Shown here: piece by piece, positions 49,253-63,001 of the stretch | How positions within the stretch are numbered: the first letter of the stretch is position 1 | How the letters are laid out: the number at the start of each line of letters is the position of its first letter | Origin: Psammoneis japonica | Taxonomy: Eukaryota | Length of the DNA stretch: 64,000 bases | Reading direction: 5' to 3' | Assembly (NCBI GenBank): GCA_008632985.1 | Contig: QPGO01000169.1 | Span: 1-64,000, forward strand | Notes under the pieces: generated by a model | The model's input: only the letters and a program-made list of their open reading frames with translations | What the model was told of the DNA's origin: nothing | Database searches by the model: none | Made by a program: the position numbers and the translations under genes

Positions 49253-51576
49253 GATGACGGTGAGAATCATCATGTGCCATGTGCATCCCGTCACGATTGA
49301 ACATGTACCCCGGTATCGTTTAGTCTTGGCGCCAAAACCCAGGGCGCCACACCCGGTTTTTTATTTAATTTTTTCAATACGGAAATTATGCATTCGACCA
49401 AGAAATTCCTTTTTTCATACGGAGCACTAACATTTTCGGCTGCTTGTTCGGCATTACCAACACTCTTTCGATGTGTCATAACGCCACCCTCTTATACTCT
49501 GTACAGTTCTGAAGAGTTCTCAATAGAAAACCAATGGCAAAGTGTGTACTCTACAAGAGACACAGCTGTCACCAGAAATGGGGCATGGCGCCCGGGTTTT
49601 TCATTTTTGTGTGTGTCAACCTGATTTTGATCTTCGACTTAGTGTTTCCCGACTCAAAATTGGGCGCAAACAAAATTTGGCAAATCGGTTTTTTCTAAAT
49701 TTGTGCGAAGGTGTCCATGACAGGTGGGCCACAACAGATGGTGCATTCGCCCACTGTCTTGGACAGCTGAGCATTTGGTGCTCATCTCCACAGCCAAGAA
49801 CTTGCAGCAGAAAAAGACAGGCTTTGCAAACACATGTGGTGTTTGGTGTTTTGAAAAGCTCAGCAGCACAAGAGCCAAGTTGTGCACTGCTCAGTTTGAT
49901 TCCACCCATTTGGGGATTCCCAAAATGGCCAGGGTGCCGCAAGGGGGAGTCAGTCTAACTTGCCCTTGTGGGGGAAGGGGGGATCCCGGGAAATGAGGGT
50001 AATTTTACGGGAAGGAACGCCTGAAAGGGCTCAGGGGAGGGGAACAAAAACGAATGGAATGTGGGCAATGAATGGCAATTGTGGTCAGGTGGGTGTGCTT
50101 TCATCCTCATGACTGCTGCGTGTGCGTGCGCAATGCAGGCACTGTGCAATGCATCGACACATCGACACAAAGCGGCCCCTTTTGGCAGAGCAAGGAAAGA
50201 AGAAACTCACCATTGCATCAGCCACATTAACATTGCTGATGTGAGGTTCTATTTTTGCCTTGTCCTTTGCTCCAGAGCCCTTGTGGTTTGCATTTGTGAC
50301 CACGCGACACAAGCAGGAGAACACATGATGCACTGCACTCTGCACACAAGTTGGGTCAAAGGAAAGAACAATCATGACCACTCAATCCGCCACATTTTTG
50401 TCAGCCTTTTGAGGCTCTGCTTTTGCCTTGGCCTTTGTTCTAGATGCCTTGTGGTTTGCATTTGTGGCTGCACGACAGCAAAGTGATTCTCCAAACGACT
50501 CGCGCTTCATTTCTGCACATGAAATGTGTCAATTGGAAGAATGAGCATGATTGTTCAATCCTCTACATTGTGACCGCATGACAAAAGAACAAGTGCAATG
50601 ATCAATGCACTGGTTTTCGGGGAATTGCCGGTGCACAATTTTTCATTTGTGTGTTCAGCGCACACACACAACAAAGGGCAATTTGTGGCAATTCCCCGGG
50701 AACTCACCCTTTCCATAGAAAAACAGGGTAAAAGGTGGTGATCCCGGGGAATTTTGTTCAAAAACATGGTAAAACCAAACTGAGGTGCACCATGACAGAG
50801 CAGTGTTTGGGCAGCATCGCTCAGCAGAGCAGACAGAGTTTTCAAATTGCAGAACCAACTGGTCAGATGCCTGAGGGCTGTGTGTTGCCACAGAAGTTGA
50901 GGAGAGGCTCTTGGCCAAGAGCTGGTGAAGAGCCCTGGCCAGCACCCAGCACTTGCATGGCAACAAGAAATGTGGCATGTGAGGGGGTGAGCACTGGTGG
51001 CTCGCACCTTTGCAGCATGAAAGGAGCTGTGGTTGGGAATTTCTGGCATTCCAGTCAAGAGTTTGTTTGACCTCTGGGCTGCCCAACACAAGCAGAGTTG
51101 CCACTCACCTCAATGACACATTGCACTCTCTGCCCTCTTGACTGAGTTTCTTGGTTTGCACAGCTCTTGAGAGAAACTCAACTTCAATTTGAACACCAGA
51201 AGCTCCACAGGTTGTCAGAGCAACAGTGAACATTTTCCCAAAGCACCAAACATGTTCCCAGTCACCTCAGATGTGCTTTGGCAGAGCTGTGTGCACACGT
51301 CAAATTGGCGTGGATGTGGCAGGGCCAACTGGTGTTCATTTGTGTTTGTGATGAAAGCACAGCTTCTTTCCAATGTGCATTCTTGGTTTCATGCTGATTG
51401 TCATGCAAGCAAGTGTGCCAAGGGTGCAAGCCTTGACAGCTGGCATTGACAGCATGAGAAACAAAAAATCGGGGGAAAGTCCAGTCAGATTTGCTTGCAC
51501 AAAAAGCACGGCAATGGAAAAGGGACAGACAAAACGTCTCAACTCCGCATGCGCATTTCTCACTCGGGATGAAAAC

Positions 51577-52228
51577 ACATCAGGCCAGGCTCTTGATGGT
51601 GACAATGTGGAGGGCTGGCAAGGCACTTTTTTTTTTGCACAAAGTGGTTCAGTCCTTGCAATTGCCACCAATGGAGCAGACATGAACAGAAACAATGCTG
51701 TGGCATGGCTCAAGTGGGCCACCAACTCGAATTGGACATTGCAGCTGGGCTCAGTGTGCAGCCACACAGAACATTCTGGAAGAGAGTCAAAATGACCAGT
51801 TTGGAGCTGGCCACATCTTGCTGTCAGACAATGGTCAGCTGCTGGCCATGGGGCACTTCACAATGGCAATGATGCTGGGAAGGCAAGCTTGTTTGGGCCC
51901 AACATCAACAACAAGTTGGGCTTCTGGCTGAGGTGTTTGGTGAGAATGGAGGAGGCAAATTTGGCTTTTCCATCAACTTGTCAGGATGTGACTCACTCTT
52001 GCTTCACTGTCAGAGCCCCAGCTGTGGCAATTGGCTGCATGTGCATGCACTCAGTGAACAAAGCACCAGTGTGCTCACAGCTTTGTGCCTGCTTTCTGTC
52101 TTGGAGTGTGGCTTGCATGATGTTGAAAACTGCAGAAGTTGGGGTTTTCTGCCATCTTGCATGGCATTTTGCATGTTGCACATTTCTGTGGACTGACACA
52201 TGTGGTGTGTTGATAAAAATCTAGAAGG
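51577..52228 (+). pseudogene. Hypermutated duplicate of the 3' part and 3' flank of the FG-GAP gene (~44371-44997)
   Basis: GQALDGDNVEGWQGT and QNILEESQNDQFGAGHILLSDNGQLLA match the gene. DNA similarity continues past the stop to TCTAGAAGGC. Confidence 0.93.
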
Positions 52229-52639
52229 CCAGCTTGGGTGGAGAGAGCACAATGTTGTTTTTCCACAGCAGACGTCAGAGTCTTCTGACATTGGCCAAGT
52301 TGGGTGACATGGAGCTGGTCATTGTTGACATTGATGTGACAACATTGACCAAATTGGGTGATGGCACGGAAGCAATTGTTGTTGACACTGACACCAAGTT
52401 TGGTGTGTCATTGAGAGCTCAGCGCTGGCAGAAGTTGCTGTGCCATGTGTCTGTCTTTTCAAACAAAGGGTCAAGCCAGTCTGCTGCATCAAGCATTTGA
52501 GCTGAACACAGAATGAAGTCTTTGCGCTGAGTGCAAAGGCCCTCTGAGTTGTTGAGTGGCGTGCAAGTGCACCATTTGCAGAGCACCCCAATTTTAAGAG
52601 CCACACAGGAGGAGTTGCGACTGAGGGGGGGGGGGCAAT

Positions 52640-53020
52640 GGAGCCGTGCAGGCTGCACGACCAGAAGCTCAACACCCAGAGCAGCACAGAGGCTGAACTT
52701 GTGAGAGTCAATGATGCAACAGCCATGACTCTGTCAACAAAGTTGTTCATGGAGCACCACAGGGGCATTCAATTGACAAGAGCATCCTTTGCCATGGTGA
52801 TGAGAGCACCATGCTGTTGAAAATGAATGAGCGCAGGAAGGAGCACCAGAAAGTGATCCAGAGCACTTGACATTTGGCGCTTCTTTGTTGCCAACCAGAT
52901 CAAGAAGAGCAATCTCAGAGCTCAGTGTTGTCTGACCAATGGCATGATGCTTGGAGGCTTCATGACTGAGCCACTGCAGGGCAAGAAATTTCAAAAGTTA
53001 AACAAGCCATTGTGGGCTGT
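52640..53020 (+). mobile_element. Decayed Ty1/Copia RNase H fragment (second family)
   Basis: QKLNTQSSTEAELV.VND...TKLFME and, downstream, GGFMTEPLQGKKFQK. Confidence 0.8.
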
Positions 53021-53442
53021 TAACTTCAAGCATGACAGGAGCATTTCCCTTTTGCATGTCAGATGAGAACTCTGATCTGAGTGGGTGAAAGACCCCTGCA
53101 GCCCAGAAGACATCATGAGCCACAGGGTTCAACCAGCCACAACTTGTTCCAACAGAACTGCTCTGTTCTTCTTCAGAACAACTGCTCTCCATGAGTGAGG
53201 CTGACAAGAATGAGCACAATCTGCTGCACAACATGACAGTGCAGAAGTGGCCATGGAGCTGCTGGGACAAGTTTTTGAGACTGTCAAGCATTGTGATCAA
53301 AAGAAAACAAGAAATCTGAAATGGGAAATTCCTTCTTGCAAGACACAAGATGAGCCAAGTCAATTCCTCAAGAGTGGAAAGAGGCAGTTCTTGACTGCAA
53401 ACCCACACCTCTTCTGTTGCAATGTTGTGGACATGGTGCATC

Positions 53443-53851
53443 NNNNNNNNNNNNNNNNNNNNNNNNNNNNNNNNNNNNNNNNNNNNNNNNNNNNNNNNNN
53501 NNNNNNNNNNNNNNNNNNNNNNNNNNNNNNNNNNNNNNNNNNNNNNNNNNNNNNNNNNNNNNNNNNNNNNNNNNNNNNNNNNNNNNNNNNNNNNNNNNNN
53601 NNNNNNNNNNNNNNNNNNNNNNNNNNNNNNNNNNNNNNNNNNNNNNNNNNNNNNNNNNNNNNNNNNNNNNNNNNNNNNNNNNNNNNNNNNNNNNNNNNNN
53701 NNNNNNNNNNNNNNNNNNNNNNNNNNNNNNNNNNNNNNNNNNNNNNNNNNNNNNNNNNNNNNNNNNNNNNNNNNNNNNNNNNNNNNNNNNNNNNNNNNNN
53801 NNNNNNNNNNNNNNNNNNNNNNNNNNNNNNNNNNNNNNNNNNNNNNNNNNN
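53443..53851. other. Assembly gap (N run)
   Basis: Run of N. Confidence 1.
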
Positions 53852-56800
53852 CCAGACAGAAACAGCGTCAATGAGTCACACAAATTGTTGGCTGTTGGTT
53901 GTCCCATGAACCTGTGGCATGGGCACATTTTGGGTTTGTGGTCCCCTTGTGGTGCATTGCAACACCAGCCACCTTCCTGGTCCACCATGAGACAGCGACA
54001 AAATGAGTTCCACATTTGGCAAACTTGCCCCAGAATGGAGTTCTTCAAAATTTGATTTCTGAGATGATCAATGGTTGGATCATGAATTTGATTGCCAGCC
54101 CACACAGAAAAATTGCACAAGAGAAAGCTTGTTGTGCTCATGTGGAACATTTTGTGGGAGTGTGTGTGAGGCACAACACACTTGTTCGATGACATGGTTG
54201 GCCCATGACTGCTTTCCAAAACCTTGGCCATGACTGACATTCCATCAACAATGAGGTCTGAGGCTGGCACAGTCACATCACCCACCACACAACTCAAGCT
54301 GGCTGGAAGAAATGCACAGTTTTTGTTGTTGCCAAGACGAGTTGATGAGTCTTGAAAGAGCCCGGAGTTGGGCACAACAGAAGGCACTCTCTTGAGCTCA
54401 GGGCCATCTTCCCATGCTCAGTCAATCCAAAACAAGTGAGCACTGCAGCCCTCACTTGTTGCCTTGCAACTTGTGAACTTCACTCTGCTGCTTGCTTGGT
54501 GCTGGCTGAAAATTGAGGAATTTGTGGGGGGTGGATTGGAGCTGCCAGTGGCCAATGACCATGACTTCAGCTTTGCAGTCTGCACTGGTGGGTTTGACCT
54601 CCACAAAATGGCTGCCAGATGTCTGGGCCGGTGCACTCCTTGAAGGCAAGCCCCATTGCCAGCTGCCACCATGCTGGATGATGCGCTTGCTTTGTCCTTG
54701 CAATGGAGCGTGCGTGGTCGAGCCGGAACACAGCAGGAATCATTGCGGCTCTCAGAGTCATTGCGCAGAAATTGTGCAGAAGAGCACAAGAAATGGTTGT
54801 CATCAGTCTGTCCACCCGTTCACATTTGAATGTCAACTCCCTCTCGGGAACTCAATTGAAATGTCATCTGATCAAGGGCACTGCTCTTCACCATCTAAAA
54901 ATCAAAATGCCCTTGATCAGATGACATTTCAATTGAGTTCCCGAAAAGTCAGCAGCCCTGATCACCCTCTCTCGCATGACATTGTGCACATTTCTGCGCA
55001 ATTTGGCATTTTTCCTTGTGCAAAATGCCAATTGTGACTCTTGCGACATTTTCGAATGATTCCTGCCGGCATTGTCTCAAAATCATGAAATCATGTGCTT
55101 GAGGTTCGTCAATCAAATGGTGTGGGATGCCGCACATGATGACAACGCTGACGTGGAAGGTCATCCGTCAAGCAAATGCTCCTTGTGTGCGGCACAAATT
55201 TAATGCCGCACACAAGGCGGAGGACAAAACAAGGTTGTGCCGCACATGGGGGCGATTTGTTGCTTGCTCAACGGGGTAAATTTTAAAGTCATCACACATT
55301 GCCCTTTTGTCATTTTAATCAAGTTAGTCAAACACAGCTTTAAACCGCCGTTGTGCGGCACGTGCACGGAATTGAGAGATCTTGTGCAAATGTCACCAGT
55401 CTAACTCAAGCAACCAGGACAGTGAACATAGAAAATGTGAAGGCATTCTAAGTAGAAAGAATTGCCATTGTCAGCTGTTGCTTGTTTCACTGTCTCTCCA
55501 TTGTCACATTTCTTCTTTTTTGAAGTTGCTCCTGCCTCCTCGTCTGTCGCAACACAAGCGCTTGTCTCATCCACTTCCTTCCTGCCACCATGCTGTGCAC
55601 ATTGCTCAAAGCATTTTGCTTTTCAACTCTGCAACAAAGTGCTCTGAGTTGGCAACACCAGAAGCTGAGCTCTTGCAGCCATGAGCTCACCAGCAGCACA
55701 GCTGAGCGCCGCCGCATGGCGCCAAGGCTGCACAAAGTCAGCTTGCTTCTCTCTGCATGGCTTCTTGACTTTGCTCATGCCACCCTTGCAAAAGCAGGCC
55801 TTTGTTTTCTTGCCCCGCTTTTGCTGCTGCCCACCTTGGGCTTTGGCACGTGCTGGAGATCATTTCTGGCCACCTCAGATGCTGCGCACCTGCAAGCCTC
55901 TGCACTTTTTGTCTTTTCTTTTTGTTGTTGCTCTGGCTTCTTGCTGCTCCAACACACAGCACTGCTTTCTGCTGCTGCTGCTGCTGCTGCTGCTTTTGTT
56001 CATGATCTTGGTGCTTCTGCAAAGCATTGTGCTGGGGAGCTCCTTCCTTGTGAAAGCTGTGCAAAGAGGTGATTTTTTCCAGATCTGCAAAGAGGTCATG
56101 GAGTGCACACTTGTGCTCTCATTTGACAGAAGCAGTGCACAGCAGCAGACAGACATCTTCAGCAAGCTCCAGGAGTGCTTTTGTGTGCTGCTTGGAGATT
56201 CAGCGACAAGTGCTAAAGCAGCTTTTTGTGAGGCAGCTCTCAACAACAACTGGGCGAAACCCCAAAGTGGTGCTGAGAATGCTTTGCAGTTTGCAGGGTG
56301 CTGCTCAAGTGATGGACAACATGCAGAATTTCTCAGCTGGCTTGCTGTGGTGGCAATGAGCTCTTGCTGGGCTGGGCTGTGCAGAGCATCTCAGCTGCTT
56401 GCTTTTGGCACCCAAAGCAGTCTGACAATTTTCCTCTTTTGGAATTTTGTTCATCCCTTCCACCTGTTTCTTCAAGATGCAGCATGCAGCATGGCTCTCT
56501 GTGAGAGCTGACATGTGGTGCCATCCTGACTTCTTTTGCTTTGCCAAAATTGCAGCCATCAGAGCTGTGGCTGGACACACACTGCTTCTGCACAAACTCC
56601 TTGTCTGCATGCCACACTTTGTTTCACACCAAATTGTGAGGCAAATCTCAGCTGGTGCAACTGGCACACACCCCAAAATGGCATTGAAAACACTTTGTGG
56701 GGTGCTGCTTGGCTGTGGACAACCTTCGGCCTTCTTGGCTGGGGCCAGCTGGGGGGCAGCAGTGAGCTCTCTTGCTGGGTCACACAACACGCTTCAGAGC

Positions 56801-57953
56801 CTCTCTCAACTGCTTGCTTTTGGTGCCCAAATCAGTCTCACAATTTTCCCTTTTTGGAATTTTGTTCACCCCCCCACCCAGTTCTTCAGTGCACAGCACA
56901 CACCACTCTCCTCTCTGCACCCTGGTTCTTGCACCCCTCCTTCTCTGGCGCTTCTTTTTTGCTTCTTGACGGGCTCCAATCCTGGGTGGGACTCCATGTG
57001 ACATTGGGCCCGTAGACTTCTACGTGCGAGCTCTGCATTAAAATTGTCAATCAATTTAAATGCACATGATCGCCAACAGAAAAAGAGGCAATTTTACGAA
57101 CGCATCTCCTCCTTCACACTTGCAGCACATGAACAACAGTTTGCATGGGCATGTTCTGCAGACATTGAAGAGTGTGCCCGCACATTTTCATTGTCACAAA
57201 TGTTGAAAATGGAAAGCCTTTGGCTTCGCAAAATGGGAAGCATGAAACAATTTCGTAGAATGTCACACGTAGCCATCTACGTGAGCGACATGCGGCGCGA
57301 TCCAAAAAACTGTTGATGTCACAGTTCAGTGCTGCGAGGTCCCACCCAGAGCTGGAGCGCATCTCTTGCTTTGCCTTTTGTTGCAGCCACTGGTGCTGTG
57401 GCCAGACACTCTGTTTCTGCACAAGCTCCTTGTCTGGTGCATGTTGCACTTTGCTTCAAATGTTGTTCCTTGTCCTTGAGAGGAGATGCCCTTGGTGATG
57501 AGTGCTTGTGCAGTTGTTCAGTTCTCCCCACTTTAACATCCGGGTTACTTTTGCGAGCTGACTCCTCTGCTTCGCTCAAGTCGAGTTAATCAAAACCTGT
57601 TGCCCACACCAGGTAAAAAAATGCCTGAGGTGGCAGGTCGTCAAATGGTGTGGGATGCTGCACATGACGACAACGCTGACGTGGAAGGTCACCCGTTAAG
57701 CAAATGCTCCTCATGTGCGGCAGTCTACAAATTTTGTGCCGCACACAAGGCGGAGGACAAAACAAAACCTGTTGCCCACACCAGGTAAAAAAATGCCCTT
57801 GAGGCACCCCGGTGGAGGGGAGAACATGGTGATGTCATGGTTGCGTGGCAGATTCATGCCTTGTCCATTGCATTTTTATGTGAATGTCCTCACATTTATT
57901 TGTGCATTTGCACACAAATGCCAACAGCAACAGGAAAAATCCTGAACCATGTT

Positions 57954-60242
57954 CTCCCCTAAAACTCTGACCTCCAAACTCCGAGGGTGCGGAAATGCAC
58001 TTTTGGCAGCTCTTTTCTTCGCACAAAAAAACACGCGTTTTGACAACTCGACCATGATGATGCCTCGCAGTGCTTCCCCATTGCCTTCCCAGGACGCCGG
58101 TCCTGCTGACACCGTTGCCAATGATGCTGATGCAACAGGCAATGTCATTGTTCCGGTTCTCGTGGGTGTGATGCATGCAAAACAACAAGATGCTACAAAC
58201 TCACACTGTTGTTTGCACGCTGCACTGCCTCCCACAGATGCTGTCACGAATTCCAACGCCGTGCTTGCATTTCGGGCCCCTGGCATGCCCGATGCTGTTG
58301 CTCCTGTCTTGTTGCCGCAGGTGCTGTTGACACTGTCATTGTCTTTTACCAACAACATCCACAATCAAATGCTGGTGTCTCACACTTTTTTTTTCTCGCG
58401 GTGCCGCATCCCAAAGACACTCAATGGGAATCTTTCAAAAATGACCCGTGACGTAAAACCAACAAATTGCTTGTGGACGTGCGCAGAATCTACACGTTTT
58501 TGCACCAAAACTGTTGTCATCTCAAAACTTTTGCAAAAAAGGAAATTGCTGCCAACTGATCAGGCGTGTTTCTCCAAATGTGTTGTTCTAAAATGTGCCT
58601 GATCAGTTTGCAGCAAAGTCCATTTTTCGCAGAATTAAAATTCACTGAGGGTAGACAGACAGACAATTTCACATTTTTGCTGGTGCCAGTCTACATGATT
58701 TCTACGTGTTTGTGGAACGATGACTCCACAGCACGAAAGATTGCCATTGGCAACGAATGCAAACTCCGCACCTGCATTTTGGTCCACTGGCATGCCCGAG
58801 ACTGTCACTCCCACCATCGCTGCCACAGGTGCTGTTGACGCTGTTGTTGTCTTTTGCCAATGACGTCCACAATGAAGTGCCAATGACTCACACTTTTTTC
58901 ATTCTTGCCACACCACCTCCCAAAGATGCTGTCACCAATGAAAACGCCGCACCTGCGTTTTGGTCCACCAGCATGCCCGAGACTGTTGCTTTCACCCTTG
59001 ATGACACAGGTGCTGTTGACACTGTCATTGTTTTTGCTTTGGAAGGAGGACAATGGATGACGGCGACCAGGAAACCCTCACCACGGCCTGCTGATGGACG
59101 AGTGTTGGTGTCATGGCTCTTGTGCTTTCTGTGTTTGTTCATGGTTTTCCTCTTTGTCAGCTCTCAATTGCAGTCCAATCTTTAGAATGTACAGACATGT
59201 GATGTGGCTCTCTGTGAATTAGAAACCTGATGACTTCTGATGGCAGGCATGCTTTCACAGTTTTTTAGTTGGACAGGTTGGCGAACCAGTCTTTGTTTGC
59301 AGGCAACTTGGCAAGGTTTCAAGTGAGTGGTGCATGTGACTTGGACACTGCTCTGTTTGTCAGGACCAGGTCATCATCTACAATTTCATGAGACGCCACT
59401 CTCGCCGTTTGAAATCTACGTGCAATGTGCAATGTGCTGTTTTTATTGCAAGTTGCTAAAAAAGAGGCCGGCAGCAACTTGCTTTTGGCAAACACTCACT
59501 GTGTTTGTCGCCATCAGACCTTCTGAACTGGTGCCACATTGATGGCCATGCTGCCACTTTGCATGCCGGTGCCTTCTCTGCCCGCACTCCAATGGCTGCG
59601 TCCACCTTCATGTTGCTGCGGCTCATCTTGACACCTGTTGTTGGCTCCGATTGGTTCCGCTGGGCCATGGGTGAGCCTCAATCACCTCCAGATAGAGGAG
59701 CTTTTTCTTGGGAATCATCCTGAGAAACGCTGTTGCCAAGCCTCCTAGATGCTCCTCTGCCATGCCCACACCCACACAAGGAGTGTCGACCAGTCCATTG
59801 GTGCTCGTTGATCCCATGCCTTTGTTGTCCCAACCAGAATCGCCTCTGCCGCCTCCAGGCCCACTTGCATCCACAGCAGTCGGAGCACGAGCAGGATTGT
59901 TTCTTGTTGTTGTTTCATTGTGCTGGGTTGCAGTGCTCAATGACAAATGGTGGCAATGTCGTCCACCGTCAATTTTGGATCCGGTGAAAATGGGCCCAAA
60001 CTTCAGGATCGCAAATCTGCTGTGTTTGGGTTATGACAGCAGGTGCAACGGCACCGGCCAACACAGGAGGGACTGTCACATCAGATGTGGAAGGCATGGA
60101 CATGTCAGGTGGTGCAAGGGACGTAGAACGGGAGGTCGTCATGGTCAAGTCATCAAAACGCGTGATGTTTTGGTGTGTGCGCAGTCTTCCAAAAAGTGCG
60201 TTTCCGCACCCTCGGAGTTTGGAGGTCAGAGTTTTAGGGGAG
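57954..60242. mobile_element. Non-autonomous foldback-like element with long inverted repeats and internal repeated units
   Basis: Perfect 42-bp inverted repeat at 57954-57995 / 60201-60242 with imperfect extension. CAGGTGCTGTTGAC units at ~58318, ~58827 and ~59007. Confidence 0.7.
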
Positions 60243-60413
60243 CTGTGGAACAAGGATTTTCACTTGTGGAACACACACATTCATGTGGATGTCAACATTG
60301 AAACTCAACGGATGGCAAAGCCGTGCGTGCAGCAACCACGAACACACGCACAGCTCCCCTGCCACAGGGGTGCCCTTGAGGTTGGGGGCGGGTTGCGTGC
60401 CGGAAATGCTGTC

Positions 60414-61199
60414 AGACCCTGTCCAAACTGGACCATGCCCATGTACATGGCTGACATCATAGAGCCGAAAATGAGCCTCTTCAAAAAAATTAGTGGTTGC
60501 CAGCCCCATGCATGACGCAATTTTAGGCCATGCCAACTTTTGTGAGGAACACTGTTCTGGGGTGAACAGTGTTCCTCGAAAACAGCACACCCAAACACCA
60601 CACCCCCGAGTCGACACATGATGCGACCCAGAAGCAGCGTTTTTGATGCAACAAAAGTGCGCATGGCTGGCTGTGCCTTTTCCAAGAGCAACCCACAACC
60701 TTGTCACATGTGAGGCACTTGCTTTGTTTGGGTCGCTTTACGTGCCGTTCTTGTCTCATCATGATGCAGCAGTTTTCCTGAACATTCTCTCAATCAATCT
60801 GCTGCAGACACTCATGCTGTGAAGTTGATTGCAGTGTGCATGAGTCATGCACAAGTTCAGTGGTGTGATCAATTTGCATCCTTCACTTGGCTCATTGCCG
60901 CCTTGTGGCTGCGTTCTCGTCGTCATGGTGTCGTCGCTCTCGTCGTGTGTTTTTGTTCTGTTTCATTCCAACTTCATCGATGTAGTTAGTTCAACACCCT
61001 GGTGAAATGATCAACCTTCATCAATTAGAAACATGTAAAATCAGAGATGCAACATGTTCGTGCATGGATGAAGTGGGGGCATGCATGAAAGTGTGATGCA
61101 GTTTGGAAAGCACTGCATGGGCATGACCCTGTGACGTCTGCAAAAAGGCTTTGTGATGTCAGGTGTGCACACAGGTGTGGTCCAGTTTGGACAGGGTCT
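60414..61199. mobile_element. MITE-like element with ~50-bp imperfect inverted repeats
   Basis: AGACCCTGTCCAAACTGGACCA...CTGACATCA at 60414 is inverted at ~61147-61199. Confidence 0.6.
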
Positions 61200-61277
61200 C
61201 AATGTGCGGTCAAAGGGCGATGTGCATGACAAGGCAGGCTCTACCAGCATTGCCGGCAGCCGGTGCCGGCACAGTTA

Positions 61278-62034
61278 GACCCGTCGCACTCGTGGGGGAG
61301 GGGTGTAATTCGGGGTGCAATTTTATTACAGCAAACAAACAGGCCGCCAGAGGCAGGTGTTTTTTTCCTGTAAAAAATTTCCGGGCCTGTAATTTTTCGT
61401 ACGAAAACAGACTCATCATCGTCCATGATGGCAGAAAACATCCGAATGTCGAACAACAATGACAACCAACAATCAACAAGGAACTTCAGTCAACAAGAGA
61501 TGTGAAAAATCATTGCTGTGGAGATGTTGTGATGTGTTCATGAAAGAAAGAATGGCGAAAAACGATGAGATTGGAGTCAACGGACAACAAAATGATGGCA
61601 ACTTCATGCCTTTTCTGAAGAAAAAACATGTCACATGGTTGCTGAAACCTCAGCTGTGGATGCAACAATAACACATGATGTCAACCACGTCATTGCAAAT
61701 CAACTGGACTTGTCAGAACAGTGATTTGATGTGCGTGAGGTCGCAGCAGAGCTGCCGAGCGCAATGGTGTTTTGTTACAGTCATTTGAATGTTCGACATC
61801 GTGCACAGATAAGTTGATGAAAATGGAGATGTCAAGTCATTCATGCTTGTACATCATTCATCTTTCAGGAGCACACATTCAATGAATGTGTCAATCCTTG
61901 CAGAGTTGCAGTTGTCAAATTTCAGACTCTCATGCTCGTGCGAAAATCGGGTGTAATTTTGGGGTGTAAAATTGTGCTCACACCCCCAAATTACACCCCG
62001 AATTACACCCCAATTTCCACAAGTACGACGGGTC
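61278..62034. mobile_element. Tourist/Harbinger-type MITE with TTA target-site duplication
   Basis: TTA|GACCCGTCGCACTCGTGG ... CCACAAGTACGACGGGTC|TTA, with inverted subterminal GGGTGTAATTCGGGGTG repeats. Confidence 0.85.
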
Positions 62035-62175
62035 TTAGTGGGGCTCTCAGTTGTGATCACAAAGCATTGGGCATCCACCACTGGAGAGAAATACGAAAAG
62101 ACAGGAAAGCGCTTTCTCCTTTGATGTGTGCCCTCTCATTTTGTCACAACTTATTTCTTTACGACGCAAAATGAC

Positions 62176-62583
62176 ATGGAAGAGATGGCATGCAGCAGCA
62201 AAGACGATGAAGATTCCAGTTCGCCCAGAAAGGAGCTTCCCAAGTTTCTGGGAGACATTCGGTTCTTGACTCTCAATGAAAAGAAAAGGCTGCACTTGAG
62301 TGGTCCTGATGGAATCTTTGCCGGTGACAAGACGCACTGCCAGTGGCTCAAGAATGAACAAGTGCACCATGCTCAATGCGCTTGTTGCGGTGATGGTTCC
62401 AAGGACGTGAAACTCTTTCACTGCAGCCATTGTGAGATCACAGCATGCTGTGGAAAGGACTGTCAGAAGAAGCACTGGAAAGTTCACAAAAAGGTGTGCA
62501 AAGAGCCCAACAATGAACGTTTCAAAATTGCCGTGCAGCATCGGGGCAATGAGCAGCGTGGCTGTGCGCAGGTGGATGTGTGA
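62176..62583 (+). pseudogene. MYND zinc-finger gene remnant
   Basis: CACCG...LFHCSHCEITACCGKDCQKKHWKVHKKVC, where the canonical YC reads CC. Confidence 0.75.
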
Positions 62584-63001
62584 TTTATTTGGCTTGGCAA
62601 TCTGGGATTGTTCAACACAAAGCTTCTTCGCGATGCTTTGTGCCAGCTTCGGTGTTTGGTGACTCAAGTTGTGGCACCTCAAATGACCATTCTTTCCACT
62701 GACTGTTTAGATTGACATGTTTGAGATGACATCCTTGCGTTCAAGGAATGTGCTAGACCAACTCTCTCATCCGTTGCATTGCACAGTTGTCTGCAAGACA
62801 CGTTTCAGCTAGAGAGAAACTAAGTCCAACGCACTCGCACTGTTTAGTCCGGAGCTTCAAACCACCCAGCTTTTACGACGAAATGAATCAGCTCGCCGTT
62901 CATTGCATGCACAAATTTTCCCGCTTCGTCCTGACGGCAAACCAAGCACAGTCGCTTTTTTCATGAGGCTGCACACACAATTGTTTGGGTGGAGCACCTG
63001 A

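Noticed and set aside
53247..54387. ORFs spanning the N run
   Set aside because: Artefacts of the assembly gap.
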